Of a stretch of 55,178 bases of DNA, positions 53,085-55,178 are shown piece by piece. The translations under genes were made by a program, and so were the position numbers. The stretch lies in UHGV virus genome UHGV-0298867; one strand, 5' to 3'. The notes under the pieces are model-generated. The model did not search any database. It saw only the letters and a list, made by a program, of their open reading frames with translations, and was not told where the DNA came from. The DNA comes from a virus. Within the stretch, counting starts at the first letter, position 1; every line of letters begins with the position of its first letter.

Positions 53085-53473
53085 CCCTTACAGAAATCAG
53101 AAACGCTGTCATTTCCCGAATGGCGGCACAGACCGCTATTGCCTCTGATGCGGTGGATTATCCCAATGGTCCGGTATTTGACCCCAGCAACCGCGATATC
53201 TGGGCCCGTCTCACCAACATTGCAGGGCAGGCAGGCACAACCGAGATCGGGGATGGGCCGGTAGTCCACAGGACGGGCTTACTCATCATTCAGCTGTTTG
53301 TTCCGGTCGGTTCCGGGACGTTGATTATCTCCCGAACGGCCGACCAGCTAACGGAGCTATTCGAGTTTAAGGACGACGGAAAGCTGAGTTATTTCGCTGT
53401 TTCTGCTGTGCCGGCGGGTGAGACCGATGGCTGGTTACAGCTCAATCTTCAAATTCCTTATCGCGCTCTGTAG
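53081..53473 (+). CDS. Putative tail terminator protein (gpU-like position)
   Basis: It lies immediately upstream of the major tail protein. ATGA overlap. Confidence 0.4.
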   Translation: MTLTEIRNAVISRMAAQTAIASDAVDYPNGPVFDPSNRDIWARLTNIAGQAGTTEIGDGPVVHRTGLLIIQLFVPVGSGTLIISRTADQLTELFEFKDDGKLSYFAVSAVPAGETDGWLQLNLQIPYRAL

Positions 53474-53497
53474 CGCACAAAAAAACAGGAGGCTCCT

Positions 53498-54670
53498 GTG
53501 AGCTCAGGTGCAAAAGTAGTAGCCGCGTTTATTCGCGAGACAACACTAGGAATCACGCCTACAGCAGGGGTGTGGAACCTGCTGCGTCGTTCTTCATTTG
53601 GTCTGAAACCAACGCAGAACACCAACGACAATGACGAAATCGCTGGTGACCGCATGGCGCAGGGCGTTTCACGTGGCACAGTGGATGTCGGCGGCGATGT
53701 CGGCACGCGGTTTCGCTGGAACCAGCATGATGATTTTCTTGCCAGTTGTTTCGGTTCCGAGTGGCAAAATAACGTGCTGACGATGGGGAACGGTCGCATT
53801 ACGTTCTCCGTGGCGACTTTTGCCAGTGATGTGGGGATCGCCCAGATTGCTCGCGGTTGTCAGGTTGGCACCTTCCAGATGGAAATCCCGGCCGATGGTG
53901 ATATCACTGCAACCATTACGTTTGCTGGGCTGGACTGGGAGACGAAAGGGGACGATACCAGCTATTTCACCGCGCCGGTGGATTTAGCGGGGGCGCTGCG
54001 TTACTCCTTCAAAGAGGTCACCAACATCCGGCTGAATGGTGTTGATGGCGGGACAGGCTTCTGCGTCGACACCTTTAACATTCAGTTCGACAACAATATG
54101 CAGACCCAGCGCTGCATCGGTACCGGTTCGGCGTTCGCCGGCGCAAACATTCCGACAACCTTTACCCCGTCAGGTCAAATCACGCTGTCATGGTCAAAGG
54201 CAGCCTGGGAGGTTTACAAAAAAACGTTCACCGGCGAAACGGTGCCGTTTAGCTTCACCCTGGAGAATGCTGAAGGCGCCTATACCTTCGATTTCCCGGA
54301 AGTGCAGATCTCCGGCGACTGGCCGGATGCGGGGAGCACTGACATTGTTCAGGTTCAGCTGGATATCACCGCGGCCAATACTCCGCCTACGATTACGCGC
54401 GTGCCTAAAGTGCCGGCGACGGCAATCAGTGTTGCGCCAGCCACTTCAACTGGCGCCGTGGGTTCTACTGTGACGTTAACCGCCACGCTTACGCCAGCTG
54501 ATTCAACTGATACCGTCCAGTGGACGTCATCGGATCCGACTATCGCCAGTGTGGTTTCTACCGGGCAGAAAACAGCGAAGGTCACGCGTAACGCAGCCGG
54601 TACTGCAATCATCACTGGTATGGCCCGCACCTTTACCGCAACGTCTGAAATCACCGTTACCGCGCCTTAA
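53498..54670 (+). CDS. Major tail protein (gpV-like) with a C-terminal Big_2 Ig-like domain (GTG start, RBS AGGAGG)
   Basis: The C-terminal TLTATLTPADSTDTVQWTSSDPTIASVVSTGQKTAKVTRNAAGTAIITG has a Big_2 signature, as does the lambda V C-terminus. Confidence 0.75.
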   Translation: MSSGAKVVAAFIRETTLGITPTAGVWNLLRRSSFGLKPTQNTNDNDEIAGDRMAQGVSRGTVDVGGDVGTRFRWNQHDDFLASCFGSEWQNNVLTMGNGRITFSVATFASDVGIAQIARGCQVGTFQMEIPADGDITATITFAGLDWETKGDDTSYFTAPVDLAGALRYSFKEVTNIRLNGVDGGTGFCVDTFNIQFDNNMQTQRCIGTGSAFAGANIPTTFTPSGQITLSWSKAAWEVYKKTFTGETVPFSFTLENAEGAYTFDFPEVQISGDWPDAGSTDIVQVQLDITAANTPPTITRVPKVPATAISVAPATSTGAVGSTVTLTATLTPADSTDTVQWTSSDPTIASVVSTGQKTAKVTRNAAGTAIITGMARTFTATSEITVTAP

Positions 54671-54724
54671 TTTACCTGGCCCGTTCTGCAGTCATCGCGG
54701 ATCGGGCTTCATTATGGAGTTATT

Positions 54725-55178
54725 ATGCTGATTGTTACCCAGAAAATTGATTTAAATGGCGAGCGCTGGTTTTCCCCCTACAAAAAGCCAGAAGGCAGCA
54801 AAAAGGAATTCTCGCCGGAAGAAGAATCGCTGTTCAAACTTCGCCTGCTGGTGACAAGCAGCGAGAATCCTCAATATCGCTCTCGTAATGCGCTGGTGCG
54901 CCGCCACATCGATAAGATGGACGCGGGTTATAAGGTGGGGACAACGGATTTTAATCTCGCCAGCGTGGACGATATCGACTCTGTTGATGACCTGCTGATC
55001 GATAACGCCGCTCGGTTCCTGCTGAAAGGTTGGGAGGGGGTGGGCCAATTGGTGGATGGCTCAGAGGTTGCTCTCGACTATACCCCAGAGCTCGGGATCG
55101 CCATGCTGAAACAGTACCCGGATTTGTACTGGCGGATACTGGCCGAGGCCGCAAGCATTGCTCAGGGTAAGGAGCAGC
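54725..55178 (+). CDS. Tail assembly chaperone G-like, 5' part (runs off the window end; continues in frame at the window start if the sequence is circular)
   Basis: An acidic ~150-aa ORF directly after the major tail gene. Its frame at the window end continues into frame 3 at position 3, which ends at the GT slippery site. Confidence 0.55.
   Translation, partial: MLIVTQKIDLNGERWFSPYKKPEGSKKEFSPEEESLFKLRLLVTSSENPQYRSRNALVRRHIDKMDAGYKVGTTDFNLASVDDIDSVDDLLIDNAARFLLKGWEGVGQLVDGSEVALDYTPELGIAMLKQYPDLYWRILAEAASIAQGKEQ

Noticed and set aside
1-55178. tRNA genes, rRNA genes and CRISPR arrays
   Set aside because: No cloverleaf-compatible GTTCGAATCC-type T-arm plus acceptor pairs were found by eye. 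There are no regularly spaced repeat-spacer arrays. The only short tandem repeats are the ori iterons and the terS TGCGCA repeats.

Overview
The window reads as an essentially complete ~55 kb temperate lambdoid siphophage genome. It is probably a rotated circle: it ends inside a tail-assembly-chaperone G-like ORF and begins with the 3' end of that ORF plus its -1-frame T extension.

Gene order is as follows:
- Tail chaperone G/GT (A_AAA_AAG slippery site at 17-23), then two terminator-bounded morons (a lipoprotein and a membrane zinc-ribbon protein).
- Tape measure protein (1359-4256), an AT-rich moron, then M/L/K/J-like tail-tip genes (4990-9572).
- A Gin/Pin/Cin-type invertible tail-fibre switching cassette (9602-14690). 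It is bounded by 26-bp hix/gix-like sites inside a 51-bp inverted repeat that also carries the 5' UTR and ATG of two alternative receptor-binding modules. Module A is an anchor protein plus a beta-helix depolymerase-like protein plus a Lar-like anti-restriction gene. Module B is an 868-aa fibre with four ~110-aa repeats and a C-terminal SGNH esterase. The invertase gene lies at 14734-15282.
- Recombination scars at 15360-16075: a tyrosine-recombinase fragment, two relics of the invertase 3' end, and an inverted copy of the fibre terminator.
- An SOS cargo island: LexA-box umuD-umuC, an orphan HEPN-like/zinc-ribbon gene, and a decayed SRAP/yedK.
- A P4-type integrase with an AlpA-like regulator.
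- An early-left operon on the minus strand (ASCH protein, recT, recE, small proteins).
- CI-like/Cro(YdaS)-like/YdaT-like immunity region, then O-like (with iterons) and P-like replication genes.
- A nin-like region with ParB-like and other genes, containing a ~2.4-kb AT-rich three-gene island of unknown function. This island is a candidate novel defence system and includes a PD-(D/E)xK-like protein.
- LexA-box dinI, DUF1367-like, DUF1364, rusA and Q-like genes.
- A lysis cassette: holin, GH108 endolysin, an extra membrane protein, and overlapped i/o-spanins.
- A repeat-flanked small gene, a small lipoprotein, then TerS (six TGCGCA repeats), TerL, portal, Mu-F-like, scaffold, capsid with a -1-frame Ig-like ORF, head-tail genes and a V-like major tail protein.

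No tRNA, rRNA or CRISPR array was seen.
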